Positions 1-10,866 of a stretch of DNA of 64,000 nucleotides are shown here, piece after piece. The number at the start of each line of letters is the position of its first letter. The first letter of the stretch is position 1. The notes under the pieces were generated by a model. That model saw only the letters and a program-made list of their open reading frames with translations, did no database searches and was not told the DNA's origin. A program made the translations under genes and the position numbers. Source of the DNA: an uncultured Candidatus Rokubacteria bacterium. GTDB taxonomy: Bacteria; Methylomirabilota; Methylomirabilia; Rokubacteriales; CSP1-6. The stretch lies in NCBI GenBank assembly GCA_963789955.1, contig CAWBMV010000037.1, positions 288,001 to 352,000 on the forward strand. Reading direction: 5' to 3'.

Positions 1-268
1 CGCCGGCCCGGCCGTCCTCACCGCCCTCGGGCTCTCCACCGCGGAGATCACGGAGATCCAGCAGTCGCGGCGCCTCAGCGGGCCCTATCCGAACGTGCCC
101 GGGAAATTCGGCGGCAGGAATCTCGGCGTCTCGACCAGGACGTTTCGCGTCGAGGCGGAGGGCATCGTGGACGATCGCGTGGCCGCCCGGCTGACGGCGA
201 TCGTCCAGAAGCGTACCGACGTCGATCCGCCGTCGGTGGTCGTTCTGGAGTGGTCGGGCGCCCGTTGA
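1..268 (+). CDS. gspK: Type II secretion minor pseudopilin GspK, C-terminal part (truncated by window edge)
   Basis: Manual frame +2 translation AGPAVLTALGLS...LGVSTRTFRVEAEG...VLEWSGAR*. Resembles the GspK C-terminus and precedes gspL-M-C-D-like genes. Confidence 0.65.
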   Translation, partial: AGPAVLTALGLSTAEITEIQQSRRLSGPYPNVPGKFGGRNLGVSTRTFRVEAEGIVDDRVAARLTAIVQKRTDVDPPSVVVLEWSGAR

Positions 269-305
269 CTCTTTCCCTGCGATCGGTTAGGGGTGTTAAC
301 CTAAC

Positions 306-1847
306 TTGGTGAAACTTAACATCCCGAAGCTCGTGTCCGTCCGCCTCGCGGTCGTCATGCTCGGCGACCGGCTCGGCGTCGCCGCGATCGAGCGCGATCG
401 TGTCGAGACGTTCACGATCGAAGCCGAAAATCCGGCCGCGGCGCTGCGCGCCGAGCTCGACGCGCGGTCACTCGCCGCGCGAACGGTCGCGATCGGTCTG
501 TCCCGCTCGACCGTCACCGTGAAGCCGATCGAGCTCCCGGCGGTGGCCGGCGCGACGCAGGACATGGTGAAGTTCGAGCTCGAGCGCCATCTGCCGATTC
601 CGGCCGACGACGCCGCCTTCGATTTCGTTCCGCTGCCACCGGATGCCGAAGCCGACGCCGTGCCGGTCGAGGGCAGGCGCGTGCTGATCGCCGCCGCCGA
701 CCGCCGGCTGATCGATTCCGCGCTGCGTCTGGCCGACGAAGCGAAGCTGCGGCCGGTGTCGATCACGGTGGCCTCGCACGATCTGCTCGCCCTGGTCGAG
801 ACGGATCGCCGTCAGCGCGTGGTGTGGCTCCACCGTGTCGGCGACACGACCGAGCTGCTCCTGCTGCACGACGCGATGGTCGTGTTCAGCCGGAGCTTCA
901 CCGCCGCCGATGACGCGACCCTGCTCGCGGAGACGCGGCGCAGCCTCGCCGGCGCGAGGTGGCGCACCTGCGACGCGATCTGGGTGTCGGGCGACGGCGC
1001 CGCCGCCGCGCCCTTTCTCGACCTCGGCGTGCCGATCTCGGATCCGCCGTGGACGTCGCGCGCCGAGCGCTGCCTGGCCCAGGTGGCCGAGCCGCGCGGC
1101 GCCCTGGATCTGGCGGTGGCGACGGCCTCGAACCGCAACATCGCCTCGCTCGATCTCATCCCGGCGGCGATCAAGCCCCGACGATTCACTCGTCAGGAGA
1201 TGTTCACCGCGGGGGCGCTGGTCGCGACCTTGCTCCTGGCGCTGGTGGCGCTCCTCGTGCCGGGCTTCATCGAGAACCGCCGCCTCGCGCGCCTGAACGG
1301 CGAGATCGCGCGCATCGACCCAGACGTGCGGGCGGTCGAGCGCGTCGCGCGAGACCTCGATCACAAGCGACAGCTCCTCGCCACCGTCGAGAAGATCAAC
1401 ACGAGTACTCTGCAGCCGCTGGCCGTGCTGCGCGAGCTCACCGAGATCCTGCCGAGCGACGCGTGGGTCACCTATCTCGCGTTCGACGCCAAGGGCGTCG
1501 AGATGACCGGGCAGGCCGGCGCGGCGAGTACCTTGATCCCGCTGCTGGAAAACTCCCCGAGGCTCGAGCGCGTCGAGTTCGCCTCGCCGGTCACGCGCGG
1601 GCGCGATCGAGAGCAATTCAGGATCCGCGCCGCGTGGGAGGCGCCTTCGGTGGCCGCGGTGCCCGCGCCGGCCGTGCCGACGCCCCCGACGACCTCCACG
1701 CGGCCTCCCGCGCCGGTGCCCTCCGCCCAGCCCGCGCCGCCAGGACCGCCTCCCGCGGCCGCGCCCAATGTCCGGCAGCCGCGCAGCAGCGAGCCTCAGA
1801 TGGAGACCCTGGGGCGCCGCCGCGGACAGGAAGTGCCCCAGCAATGA
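306..1847 (+). CDS. gspL: T2SS GspL / PilM-PilN-like assembly protein with Pro-rich tail
   Basis: N-terminal cytoplasmic domain (VKFELERHLP), one TM helix, PilN-like periplasmic domain (LTEILPSDAWV...LENSPRLERVEF). Confidence 0.75.
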   Translation: MVKLNIPKLVSVRLAVVMLGDRLGVAAIERDRVETFTIEAENPAAALRAELDARSLAARTVAIGLSRSTVTVKPIELPAVAGATQDMVKFELERHLPIPADDAAFDFVPLPPDAEADAVPVEGRRVLIAAADRRLIDSALRLADEAKLRPVSITVASHDLLALVETDRRQRVVWLHRVGDTTELLLLHDAMVVFSRSFTAADDATLLAETRRSLAGARWRTCDAIWVSGDGAAAAPFLDLGVPISDPPWTSRAERCLAQVAEPRGALDLAVATASNRNIASLDLIPAAIKPRRFTRQEMFTAGALVATLLLALVALLVPGFIENRRLARLNGEIARIDPDVRAVERVARDLDHKRQLLATVEKINTSTLQPLAVLRELTEILPSDAWVTYLAFDAKGVEMTGQAGAASTLIPLLENSPRLERVEFASPVTRGRDREQFRIRAAWEAPSVAAVPAPAVPTPPTTSTRPPAPVPSAQPAPPGPPPAAAPNVRQPRSSEPQMETLGRRRGQEVPQQ

Positions 1848-2422
1848 TCGGCAATCTCTCCCGCCGCGAGCGGCTCATGGTGGGCCTGGCGCTGGCCGTC
1901 GGCGTCATCCTGGGCGGGTGGCTGCTGGTGGTCGAGCCGATCCTCGAGCATAATCGGTCCGCCGGCGAGCTCGTGCCGGCGCGCGAGCAGGTGCTCCAGC
2001 AGAAGCGAGAGCTGATCGCGCGGCGCGCCGCGATCACCGCGGATCTCGAGAAGACGACCGCGCAGTTCGAGAAGCTCTCGGAGGGGTTCCTCACGTCGGC
2101 GACGCCCGCCGTCGCCGCCTCGGAGCTGCAGAAGATCGTCAAGGACATGGCCGCCGAAGCCAAGACCGAAGTCCGGAGCGAGCGGATCCTGCCGCCGGCC
2201 GATCGCGGCGAGCTCCTGGAGATTCCCGTCGAGATCGCGGTGTCCTGCGAGATCCGGCAGCTCGTCGATCTGCTCGCGCGGCTCGACGGAGCGACCAAGC
2301 TGCTGCCGGTCCAGGACCTCAAGGTCCGCGTCGTCAACCTGAGCCAGCCGAAGGAGCTGCTCGTCACCCTCACGATCTCGGGTTTCATCCTGCCCAACGC
2401 GCAGGGCAAGGCCAAAAGCTGA
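1844..2422 (+). CDS. gspM: T2SS GspM / PilO-like protein
   Basis: ATG at 1844 overlaps the gspL stop (ATGA). MIGNLSRRERL motif, TM helix, coiled coil, GspM-like C-terminal domain. Confidence 0.75.
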   Translation: MIGNLSRRERLMVGLALAVGVILGGWLLVVEPILEHNRSAGELVPAREQVLQQKRELIARRAAITADLEKTTAQFEKLSEGFLTSATPAVAASELQKIVKDMAAEAKTEVRSERILPPADRGELLEIPVEIAVSCEIRQLVDLLARLDGATKLLPVQDLKVRVVNLSQPKELLVTLTISGFILPNAQGKAKS

Positions 2423-3240
2423 ATGCCGCGGCGCTTGCTTGCGATCAACGTGGTACTCGCCTGCGTGGCGGTTCTCTGCGTCGCGCTCATCGTGAAGCAG
2501 CTCGCGACCTCACGGCCGCCGGCGGCGGCACGAGGGCGGGCGCCGGTCGGGTCGTCGGCCAACCCGGCGCCGGCCGGAGATTCGAAGCTGCCGCCGCAGG
2601 CCTACAACGTGATCGCGACACGCAACTTGTTCAGCCCGACGCGCAGCGAGACGGCAGGACCCGGGATCGCGGGCGTCACGCAGGCCCCGATCGTCAAGCC
2701 GAACCTTCACGGCGTGGTCCTGCGGGAAGGCTCGCCGATCGCCTATCTGGAGGACCCGCTGACCAAGCGAATCGCCGGCTACCGGATCGGCGACCCGATC
2801 GCGGGCGGAACCGTGCAGACGATTTCCGCCGACGCGGTGGTGATCTCGCGACCGGACGGGATGGTCGACGTGCGTCTGCGCGATCCGTCGAAGCCCAGAC
2901 CCGCCCCGCCTCAGCCGGGCCAGCCGGGCGTCCCGGGCCAGCAGCCTCTCCCGGGTCAACCGCCCTTCCCCGGCCAGCCGCAGACCGGGGGCCAGCTGCC
3001 GAACCAGGGCCTCGTCCCGGTGCCGGGCCCGACGCAGCCGCACATCCCCGCGCGCGTTCAGCCCTCCGGGGAGTCCGCTGCCGCCGGGCCAGACCATGCC
3101 GCCGCCGCCCGCCATCCAGCAGCCGACACAGACGCAGCCGGGCGCGATTCCCTTTGGGCGGCCCGCGCCGAGCCTCGGACGCCGGATGCCACCAATTCCT
3201 CGGGACCCGCGGGCCAGCCGCGCCGAGCCAGAGCCAATAG
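2423..3240 (+). CDS. T2SS GspC-like protein with Pro/Gln-rich tail (3' frame uncertain)
   Basis: N-terminal TM, RNLFSPTR, LHGVV...YRIGDPIAG HR-like domain, then PGQ repeats. Located between gspM and the secretin. Confidence 0.6.
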
Positions 3241-3241
3241 G

Positions 3242-5646
3242 ATGAAGCGCCTCGTCGCCACCCTGTTGCTGGTCGCCTTTACCGCCGGATGCGCCTCGCA
3301 TCGCCGGCCGCCGCCGGCCGCGACGCCGCCGCCATCGGTGACGGTCACGCCGCCAGGCGCCCGCCGAGCCGGGGCTTCCGGCCGTGCCGCCGGTTTCCGT
3401 CGGGCCGCGGACGATTCCGCCCGCGCCGACACAGCCGCCCGAAGCCGCGCCGGCTCCGCCCCCGCCGCCGCCACCGACCGCGCCACCGGTTCCGCCGGCG
3501 CAGCGCGGACGCTTCGTCGTCCTCAACTTCGACAATGCGGACATCGAGACGGTGATCCAGGCGGCGAGCGAGATCATCGGCTTCAACTACGTGCTCGCGC
3601 CCGACGTGCGCGGCAAGGTCACCGTCCAGACGTCGGGCCGCATCGCTCAGGAAGAGGTGTTCGGCGTCCTGCTCGCGATTCTCGAGGTGCAGGGCTTCAC
3701 GGCGGTGAAGTCGGGGAACCTCTACAAGATCGTCCGCATCGAGGGCGCCCGCGAGCGTGCCGTGCCGACGATCGTCGGGCCGACGGCCGATCCGAACCGC
3801 ACCACCGACGAGATCATCACGCAGATCGTGCCGATCAAGTACTCGTCGGTCGCCGATCTCAGCGCGCTCCTGCGCCCGCTCATCTCGACGCGGGGCACCT
3901 TGATCGCCCATCGCGAGACGAACGTGCTCATCATCACCGACGCGGCGTCGAACGTGACGCGGCTGCTCGACATCATTCGCCTCGTCGACGTGCAGGTGGC
4001 GCAGGAAGAGCTGCAGATCATCCCCATCTCGTACGCCGACGCCGGCGAGCTGGCGACGATCCTGACGCAGCTCTTCGCCAGCGGCCGCGTCCGCTTCGCC
4101 ACGCCGGGCGGCGCGCCGGGGCCGACGCCGCCGGCGCCGCCGCAGCCGGGCGTGCCGGTGCCGCCGGCGGCCCCGGGGCAAACGAGTGGCTCCGCCGAGC
4201 GCGCGCCCCTGATCATCCCGGAGCGGCGCTCGAATTCGCTGATCGTGCACGCCAAGAAACACGAGGTCGAGACCATCAAGCGTCTGGTCTCGCAGCTCGA
4301 CGTCAACATCTACGGCGGCCGGCGGGTGTTCATCTACTACGCGGAGAACGCCAAGTCGAAGGACCTCGCGTCGACCCTGAACGCGATCTACGGCGCGCGC
4401 GACAGCGGGTCCACCACGACGTCTGCGAGACCACGAGCTCGTCGTCCACCACGCCTCCCAGGACGGGCGCGCCGCCGCCGCCACGCCGCCCGCGCTCTAC
4501 GGGCCGGCGCCGGGACTGATTCCGGGCGCCGCGAGCTCCCCGGAAGTCCTGGCCGAGGGCCAGGTGCGCTTCATCGCCGACGAGGTCACCAACGCGGTGA
4601 TCGTCACGACCTTCCCGCGGAGCTGGACGGAGATCGAAAACACGATCAAGCAGCTCGACCGTATGCCGCGCCAGGTGCTGATCGAGGTGCTCATAGCCGA
4701 GATCACCTTGACCGACGACACGCGGCTCGGAATCGACTGGGCCATACGAGCGGGCCGCTTCAATATCGTCAACACCAATACGGGGGCCCCTGGGTTGCCG
4801 ACGACGCCGTCGCCCCCCGACTCGTCGACGATGTTTCTTCCGATCGGCGTGGGTGGCCCCGCCCGCATCCTCGGGCCCTTCGGGCAGGGGCTCTCGGCGT
4901 TCACGTTCGGCACGGATCAGTTCATCGCGATGCTCAACGCGCTCTCGAACGAGAACAAGGTCAACATCGTCTCGAATCCGCATATCTTGACGTCGGAGAA
5001 CAAGAAGGCGGTCATCAACGTGTCGACGTCCGTGCCCATCGTCACCAGCCAGACCACCGGACAGGTGGCCGCGGCCACGACGACGCCGACGACGACCACG
5101 ACCAGCACCACGACGACGACGGCCGGGCTCAACCAGACGGTCGAGTATCGCGACGCCGGCGTGATCCTCACCGTGACGCCGCGCATCGGCGAGCAGGGCA
5201 CCGTGGCCCTCGACGTGAAGCAGGAAGCGAACCAGATCGGATCCCCGGTGCCACCCACGAATTCGCCCTCGTTCACCAAGCGCGAAGCGGAGACATCGGT
5301 CGTGCTGCTGAACAATCAGACCCTGGTGCTGGGTGGCCTCATCCAGGACAAGCTGACGACCACCGACCGCGGCATCCCGATCCTCAAGGACATCCCGCTG
5401 ATCGGCTATGCCTTCAAGTTCACCGAGCGAATCATCGACAAGACGGAGTTGCTGCTCCTGATCACGCCACGCGTGGTCGAGCACCGCCGGTGACGCCGGC
5501 AGGATCACCGACGAGAAGCGCCGATACTCGCCGGACCTCGAAGACGCGCTCCGGCGGGCGCCGCGCCTGCCGCCGACGACCACGCCGCCGCGGCAGCCGT
5601 CCACGCCGCCACCGCCGCGGCAGCCGTCGCGCCGCCGTCGCCGTAG
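3242..5646 (+). CDS. gspD: T2SS secretin GspD, split over several frames by indels
   Basis: N0 domain (LNFDNADIETVI...VRGKVTV), N domains, and secretin core (QVLIEVLIAEITL, VEYRDAGVILTVTPRI, GIPILKDIPLIGYAF, TELLLLITPRVV) in ORFs 3384 and 4564. Signal MKRLVATLLLVAFTAGC at 3242. Confidence 0.9.
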
Positions 5647-5695
5647 CGGCAGGTCGGCGCCGATCGCCCGGCGCCGCGCCCGCGGCTCGCGCGGA

Positions 5696-6478
5696 TCAGG
5701 CGCCCGAGAACTTCGGCGGGCGCTTGTCGAAGAAGGCGGCGACGCCCTCCCGATGGTCGTCGGACGCGACCGCAACGCCCTGAGACAGCGCCTCGACCTC
5801 GAGCGCCGAGGCCAGATCGCTGCTGGCCGCGCGGTTGAGCGCCTGCTTGTCCAGCCGCAGCGCCAGCGGCGGACCCGCCGCGATCTTCTCGGCGAGCTCG
5901 CGCGTCGTCGAGGCCAGGTCGGCGACGTGCACGACGCGGTTGACGAGCCCGATCCGCATCGCCTCGGCCGCGTCGAAGATGTCGCCGGTGAAGATCAGCT
6001 CCTTCGCGCGCGCCATGCCGACGAGGCGCGGCAAGAGCCAGGTGCCGCCGCCGTCGACCGCCAGGCCGATCTTGCAGAACAGCTCGCCGAATTTCGCGCG
6101 GTCGGACGCGACGATCAGGTCGCAGCAGAGCGCCAGGTTCGAGCCGGCGCCGACCGCGTACCCGTCCACCATCGCGATCGTCGGCAGCGGAAAATTCACC
6201 AGCCGCAGGACGGCGCGATTGAGGAGCCCGACGCGCACCTGCCCGTCCGCGGCGGTGCTGCGCTGGCGCATGTTCTTCACGTCACCGCCGGCGCAGAAGT
6301 GGCCGCCGGCGCCCGTCAGGATGACCACGCGGGCGGCCGGGTTCGCCTCGATCTCGTCGAGCGCGGTCAAGAGCTCGCGGCGCATCGCGAAGTCGAGCGC
6401 GTTGCGCGCGTCCGGGCGATTGAGCGTGATCGTGGCGATCGGACCGGACTGGTCGACGATGAGTGTCTCGTAACCCAT
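5696..6478 (-). CDS. Enoyl-CoA hydratase/isomerase family protein
   Basis: ITLNRPDARNAL, FCAGGD, GYAVGAG, EGVAAFFDKRPPKF. GAAGGAG RBS before ATG 6478. Confidence 0.92.
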   Translation of the reverse strand: MGYETLIVDQSGPIATITLNRPDARNALDFAMRRELLTALDEIEANPAARVVILTGAGGHFCAGGDVKNMRQRSTAADGQVRVGLLNRAVLRLVNFPLPTIAMVDGYAVGAGSNLALCCDLIVASDRAKFGELFCKIGLAVDGGGTWLLPRLVGMARAKELIFTGDIFDAAEAMRIGLVNRVVHVADLASTTRELAEKIAAGPPLALRLDKQALNRAASSDLASALEVEALSQGVAVASDDHREGVAAFFDKRPPKFSGA

Positions 6479-6539
6479 GGCGTCTCCTTCTCCTAGCGTG
6501 AGGCGACGGCGCGCGACTTCATGCCGGCGAGGAAGATCG

Positions 6540-7034
6540 TCATCGCCGTTTGGTATCGAAGCGCTGCATGACACCGCGGCCGTCCGGCCGCGGCAGCTCG
6601 TCGTAGCGTCCCCCGGTGTACTCGCCGATCACGCGGCGCCAGAAGGTCTGGGCCTCGACGTTGCTCGTCAGCTGCGTGACCTCCCACCGCCCTGGAAACG
6701 CGTCGAACAGCTTCCGGGCGACCTCGCCGCCGATGCCCTGACGGCGGTGGCGGCGCAGGATGAAGAACTCGCTGATGTCCCGGGTGCCGTTGCCCGCGAA
6801 GTACGCGCCGTCGCGGACCAGCACGAAGCCGACGAGCGCCCCGTCGACGCGCACGAGGTACGACGTGAGCTTCGGATCCGTCCAGAACCCTTCGATGATC
6901 GTCGTGTTGCCGTAGAGGCCGTCGTCTCCGATGGCCCAGTCGTCGATCGCGGCGAAGTCGTAGAGGTAGAGCTGCATGAGGCGCCGCATGACCGGGAGGT
7001 CCTGCGCGCGCGCCGGGGTGAGCTCGATCTTCAT
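6540..7034 (-). CDS. GNAT family N-acetyltransferase
   Basis: EFFILRRHRRQGIG motif A; NVEAQTFWRRVI. Confidence 0.85.
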   Translation of the reverse strand: MKIELTPARAQDLPVMRRLMQLYLYDFAAIDDWAIGDDGLYGNTTIIEGFWTDPKLTSYLVRVDGALVGFVLVRDGAYFAGNGTRDISEFFILRRHRRQGIGGEVARKLFDAFPGRWEVTQLTSNVEAQTFWRRVIGEYTGGRYDELPRPDGRGVMQRFDTKRR

Positions 7035-7057
7035 GACGTCATGCTAGGCTACCGCTG

Positions 7058-7840
7058 ATGCGACTCGAGCGCACGATCATCGGCATGGTGCACCTGCCGC
7101 CCCTGCCCGGCAGCCCTCGATGGGACGGGGCGATGGCGCGCGTCGTGGCCCTGGCACTCGCGGACGCTCACGCCCTGGTCGACGGCGGCGTGGACGCGGT
7201 GCTCGTCGAGAACTTCGGTGATGCGCCCTTCACGCCCGGCCGCGTCGAGCCGGCCACGGTGGCGGCCATGAGCGTGGTCGCCGCCGAGGTCCGGAGGGCG
7301 CTGCCGCGAACGATGCTCGGCGTGAACGTCCTGAAGAACGACGCGCGCGCGGCGCTCGCGGTCGCCGCGGCGGTCGGCGCCGAATTCATTCGCGTCAACG
7401 TCCACGCCGGCGCGGTGCTCGCCGACCAGGGCATCGTGCAGTCCGACGCGTACGGCACGCTCCGCGACCGGCGCCTGCTCGGCGCGGACGTGGCGATCTT
7501 CGCCGACGTCGGCGGCAAGCACGCGGTGCCGCTCGGGCCGGTGGACATCGACCAGACCGCGAGGGATCTCGTGCACCGCGGGCTGGCCGACGCGCTGGTC
7601 GTCTCCGGCCCGGCGACCGGCCAGGCGACGCCGCTCGGCGACGTCAAGCGCGTGCGCGGCGCCGTCGCCGACGTCCCGATTCTCGTCGGCAGCGGCGTGA
7701 CCGCCGAGACGGCCGCGGAGCTCCTGTCCGTGGCCGACGGCGTCATCGTCGGCACCTCGGTCAAGCGCAACGGCGACGTGCGCCTGCCGGTCGAGCGCGC
7801 GCGCGTGGAGAAGCTCGTTGCGGCGGCTCGCCGCCGCTAG
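7058..7840 (+). CDS. BtpA/SgcQ family protein
   Basis: IIGMVHLPPLPGSP, ENFGDAPF, GVNVLKND, VSGPATG. Confidence 0.9.
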   Translation: MRLERTIIGMVHLPPLPGSPRWDGAMARVVALALADAHALVDGGVDAVLVENFGDAPFTPGRVEPATVAAMSVVAAEVRRALPRTMLGVNVLKNDARAALAVAAAVGAEFIRVNVHAGAVLADQGIVQSDAYGTLRDRRLLGADVAIFADVGGKHAVPLGPVDIDQTARDLVHRGLADALVVSGPATGQATPLGDVKRVRGAVADVPILVGSGVTAETAAELLSVADGVIVGTSVKRNGDVRLPVERARVEKLVAAARRR

Positions 7841-8927
7841 TCTGCTCGGCATCCTGCTCGCGGCCGGCTGCGGGGCCGCGCTCGCGCCCGACGGCGTGCG
7901 CCTGACCGCGATCGAGCGCGAGCTCGGCTCGCTGTTCCTGGTCGGCTTTCGCGGCACGGAGGCGGTCGGGAACACCGAGCTCGCGAGGCTCCTGTGCGAG
8001 TTTCGAGTCGGTGGCGTGCTCCTGCTCGGCCGCAACATCGTCGACGCCGAGCAGCTGGGCCGGCTCACCGGCGGGCTCACGACGCAATCGACGGGCTGCA
8101 CCGGGCGCAAGCCCTTCATCGCCGTGGACGCCGAGGGCGGCAGCGTCATGCGGCTCGCGCCGCGCTTGGGATGGCCCGCCACGTTCTCCGCACAGGAGCT
8201 CGGCGAGAGCAACGACTTCGTCCTGACCGAGCTGGAGGCGCGCCGGATCGGCGCGATGCTCCGCGCGGTCGGTATCAACTGGGACCTGGCCCCGGTGGTC
8301 GACGTGGGCTACAACCCGGCCAACCCGGTCATCGTCGGCGCGGCCCGCAGCTTCGGCGCCAATCCGCTGCAGGTCACCGAGCACGCGCGCGCGTTCGTCC
8401 AGGGGCTCCGCGCCGAGGGCGTGCTGACCGCGCTGAAACACTTCCCGGGCCACGGCTCGAGCTTCGACGACACGCATCTCGGCTTCACCGACGTCACCGA
8501 CACCGCGTCGCCCGAGCTCGAGCTGGCGCCGTATCGCGCGCTGATCGCGGACGGGCTCGCCGACAGCGTGATGACCGCGCACGTCTTCAACAAGCGGCTC
8601 GACGAGCAATACCCGGCGACCTTGTCACGCGCGACGGTCAACGGCGTGCTGCGCGGCGAGCTCGGCTTCAAGGGCGCGGTCGTCAGCGACGACCTGCGAA
8701 TGGGCGCGATCGAGCGTCAGTACGGGATCGGCGAGGCGGCGGTGCTGGCGCTCGACGCCGGCGTCGACGTGCTCCTGATCGTCGACGACCGTCTCCCGGA
8801 CGGCACCTCGGCCACGCAGCTCGCCCAGGCCGCCATCCGCCAGGCGCTGAGCAAGGGCACCCTCGACCCGGCGCGCGTCGACGCGGCCATCGACCGGGTC
8901 CGCGCGTTGCGCGCGCGCCTGCCTTAG
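7818..8927 (+). CDS. nagZ: GH3 beta-N-acetylhexosaminidase (NagZ-like), probable lipoprotein
   Basis: VDAEGG, APVVDV, KHFPGHGSSFDDTH (NagZ D-x-H signature), SDDLRMGAI. LAAGC lipobox. Confidence 0.85.
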   Translation: MRRLAAASLLGILLAAGCGAALAPDGVRLTAIERELGSLFLVGFRGTEAVGNTELARLLCEFRVGGVLLLGRNIVDAEQLGRLTGGLTTQSTGCTGRKPFIAVDAEGGSVMRLAPRLGWPATFSAQELGESNDFVLTELEARRIGAMLRAVGINWDLAPVVDVGYNPANPVIVGAARSFGANPLQVTEHARAFVQGLRAEGVLTALKHFPGHGSSFDDTHLGFTDVTDTASPELELAPYRALIADGLADSVMTAHVFNKRLDEQYPATLSRATVNGVLRGELGFKGAVVSDDLRMGAIERQYGIGEAAVLALDAGVDVLLIVDDRLPDGTSATQLAQAAIRQALSKGTLDPARVDAAIDRVRALRARLP

Positions 8928-8969
8928 CCCACGCTCGGAGGGAGCGCCGGCCGGCGGGGCCTGTCGCCG

Positions 8970-9908
8970 TCACTTCGCCGACAACAGCCGCTCGACCTCG
9001 GCGCGGGTCGCCAGCGACGGCTGGGCGCCGCGGCGGGTGCACGCGATGGCGGCGGCCGCGCTGGCGAATCGCAGCGCGTCCGGAAGGGCCTCGCGGCCCG
9101 CCAGCGCCGCGCCGAGGGCGCCGTTGAACGCGTCGCCCGCGGCGGTGGTGTCGACGGCCGTCACGGTGAACGCGGGAACCTCCACGACGCCCTGCGCCGT
9201 GCAGGCCAGTGAGCCCTGCGCCCCGAGCGTCACGATCACGGTACCGACGCCGCGTTCCCGCAGCGCCCGCGCCGCGGCAGCGGCAGAGCGCGCGTCGCGC
9301 ACGGCGACACCGCTGAGCCGCTCCGCCTCGCCCTCGTTCGGCGTCAGATAATCGACGAGCCGCCAGATGTCGTCGGAGATCCCCTCGCGGACCGGCGCCG
9401 GATTCAGCATGGTGACGAGCCCTCGGCGTCGCGCCTGGGCGAGCGCGACCGCGAGGGTCTCGAGCGGCGTCTCGAGCTGACACATGACGACCTGCGCCCA
9501 CGCGAAATCGTCGGCGCGCGAGCCGACGTGCTCGGCCGAGAGCCGCCAGTTCGCGCCGGGCGCGACGACGATCTGATTGCGTCCCTCGCCGTCGACCACG
9601 ATCAGCGCCGTGCCGGTGGCCGCGTCGGCGGTGACCATCACGCCGTCGACGCCGATGCCCTCCGCTCGGAGCGCCGCGCGGATGTCGCGCCCGGACGCGT
9701 CGTCGCCGACGCACGCGATGAAGCGCACCTCAGCGCCGAGTCGCCGGGCGGCGACCGCCTGGTTCGCGCCCTTGCCTCCATGGTTCACCAGCAGGGTTCC
9801 GCCGCTGACGGTCTCGCCGACACCCGGCAGGCGCGAGGCCGCGACGGTGAAGTCGACGTTCGCCGAGCCGACTACGAGGACGCGTCGCGCAGTGGCGCCG
9901 GCGGACAC
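8970..9908 (-). CDS. rbsK: Ribokinase (PfkB family)
   Basis: VVGSANVD, GGKGANQAVAA, TPNEGE, DTTAAGDAFNG, GAQPS. GTG start at 9908 inferred. Confidence 0.9.
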   Translation of the reverse strand: MSAGATARRVLVVGSANVDFTVAASRLPGVGETVSGGTLLVNHGGKGANQAVAARRLGAEVRFIACVGDDASGRDIRAALRAEGIGVDGVMVTADAATGTALIVVDGEGRNQIVVAPGANWRLSAEHVGSRADDFAWAQVVMCQLETPLETLAVALAQARRRGLVTMLNPAPVREGISDDIWRLVDYLTPNEGEAERLSGVAVRDARSAAAAARALRERGVGTVIVTLGAQGSLACTAQGVVEVPAFTVTAVDTTAAGDAFNGALGAALAGREALPDALRFASAAAAIACTRRGAQPSLATRAEVERLLSAK

Positions 9909-10801
9909 AGGCGATCCAGGAAGAGTCGAATGAACCGGTCGCTCTCCACGCTCCTCGCGACGCGGCAGTTCGGCGGGCCGCTCGTGCGCATCGTCTCGCC
10001 GTCGGGCCCGATCGCGAGACGAACGGCCTCCCACTTGCCAAGCGACGGATCGAGCGCGAGCCCGACGGCAAGCGGGTCGTGCAGCGCCATGCCCTGCTCC
10101 CCGTCGCTGTGGGCAATCCGGAAACCACGTTCGCTGAATCCCTGAATCCGCGAGGCGAGCGGCCCCGTCGCGCGGCCCAAGGTGGCTCGCATCCCCGCGC
10201 GCGGCAGGACCGCCTGGCGCGTCGCGTCAAGCGGCACGACCTCGAGCGGGAGCCCCGCCGCGAGCACGCGGTGCGCGGCTTCGGGATCCACGAACATATT
10301 GAACTCGACGGTCGGCGTGACGTTACCGGGCACGTCGATGGCACCCCCCATCGCGACGATCCGCCCCACCCGCTCGAGCGCACCCGCGTCTTCCTTGAGC
10401 GCCAGGGCCAGATTGGTCAGGGGCCCGAGGGCGATGATCGTCAGATCCCGCTCGTGGCGGCGCGCCGCGTCGAGGATGACTTCGACAGCGCCCGGCGAGC
10501 CGGGCAGTCGCTCGACCTCGGGCCAATCCGGAAGATCGCCCAGCCCGTCTTCGCCGTGATAGCGGGTCGCCGTCGTCAGCGCACGAGCGAGGGGCCCGGC
10601 GGCGCCGGCGGCCACGACCGGTCGTGGGACCGGGCGCCGCAGCGCGAGCAGGCGCAGGAGGTTCGTGCTCGCCGCCTCGATCGTGACGTTTCCGGCGACC
10701 GTCGTGATCGCCTCGACCTGGATCTCGGGCGAGTTCCAGGCAAAGAGGAGGGCCAGCGCGTCGTCAATTCCCGGATCGGTGTCGATCACGACCGGCATCA
10801 C
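9872..10801 (-). CDS. Nucleoside hydrolase (IU-NH family)
   Basis: IDTDPGIDDALA, HGEDGLGD, LGPLTNLA, EFNMFVDPEAA, LHDPLA. Confidence 0.92.
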   Translation of the reverse strand: MMPVVIDTDPGIDDALALLFAWNSPEIQVEAITTVAGNVTIEAASTNLLRLLALRRPVPRPVVAAGAAGPLARALTTATRYHGEDGLGDLPDWPEVERLPGSPGAVEVILDAARRHERDLTIIALGPLTNLALALKEDAGALERVGRIVAMGGAIDVPGNVTPTVEFNMFVDPEAAHRVLAAGLPLEVVPLDATRQAVLPRAGMRATLGRATGPLASRIQGFSERGFRIAHSDGEQGMALHDPLAVGLALDPSLGKWEAVRLAIGPDGETMRTSGPPNCRVARSVESDRFIRLFLDRLCPPAPLRDASS

Positions 10802-10866
10802 GGAATCTCCCCCTGGCCGTCCCGCATCATATTAGAATGAGATCCACTTTCAGTGAGGAGGCTCGG

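Noticed and set aside
286..305. GTTAGG...CCTAAC inverted repeat resembling integron core sites
   Set aside because: Only 20 bp, wrong arrangement for attC, inside a T2SS operon, and no integrase present.
2423..4519. Apparent 698-aa GspC-secretin fusion
   Set aside because: Read-through created by indels; the secretin has its own signal peptide at 3242.
2900..5640. Short GC repeats as CRISPR or other repeat arrays
   Set aside because: They encode Pro/Gln/Thr-rich linkers, with no constant repeat-spacer periodicity.
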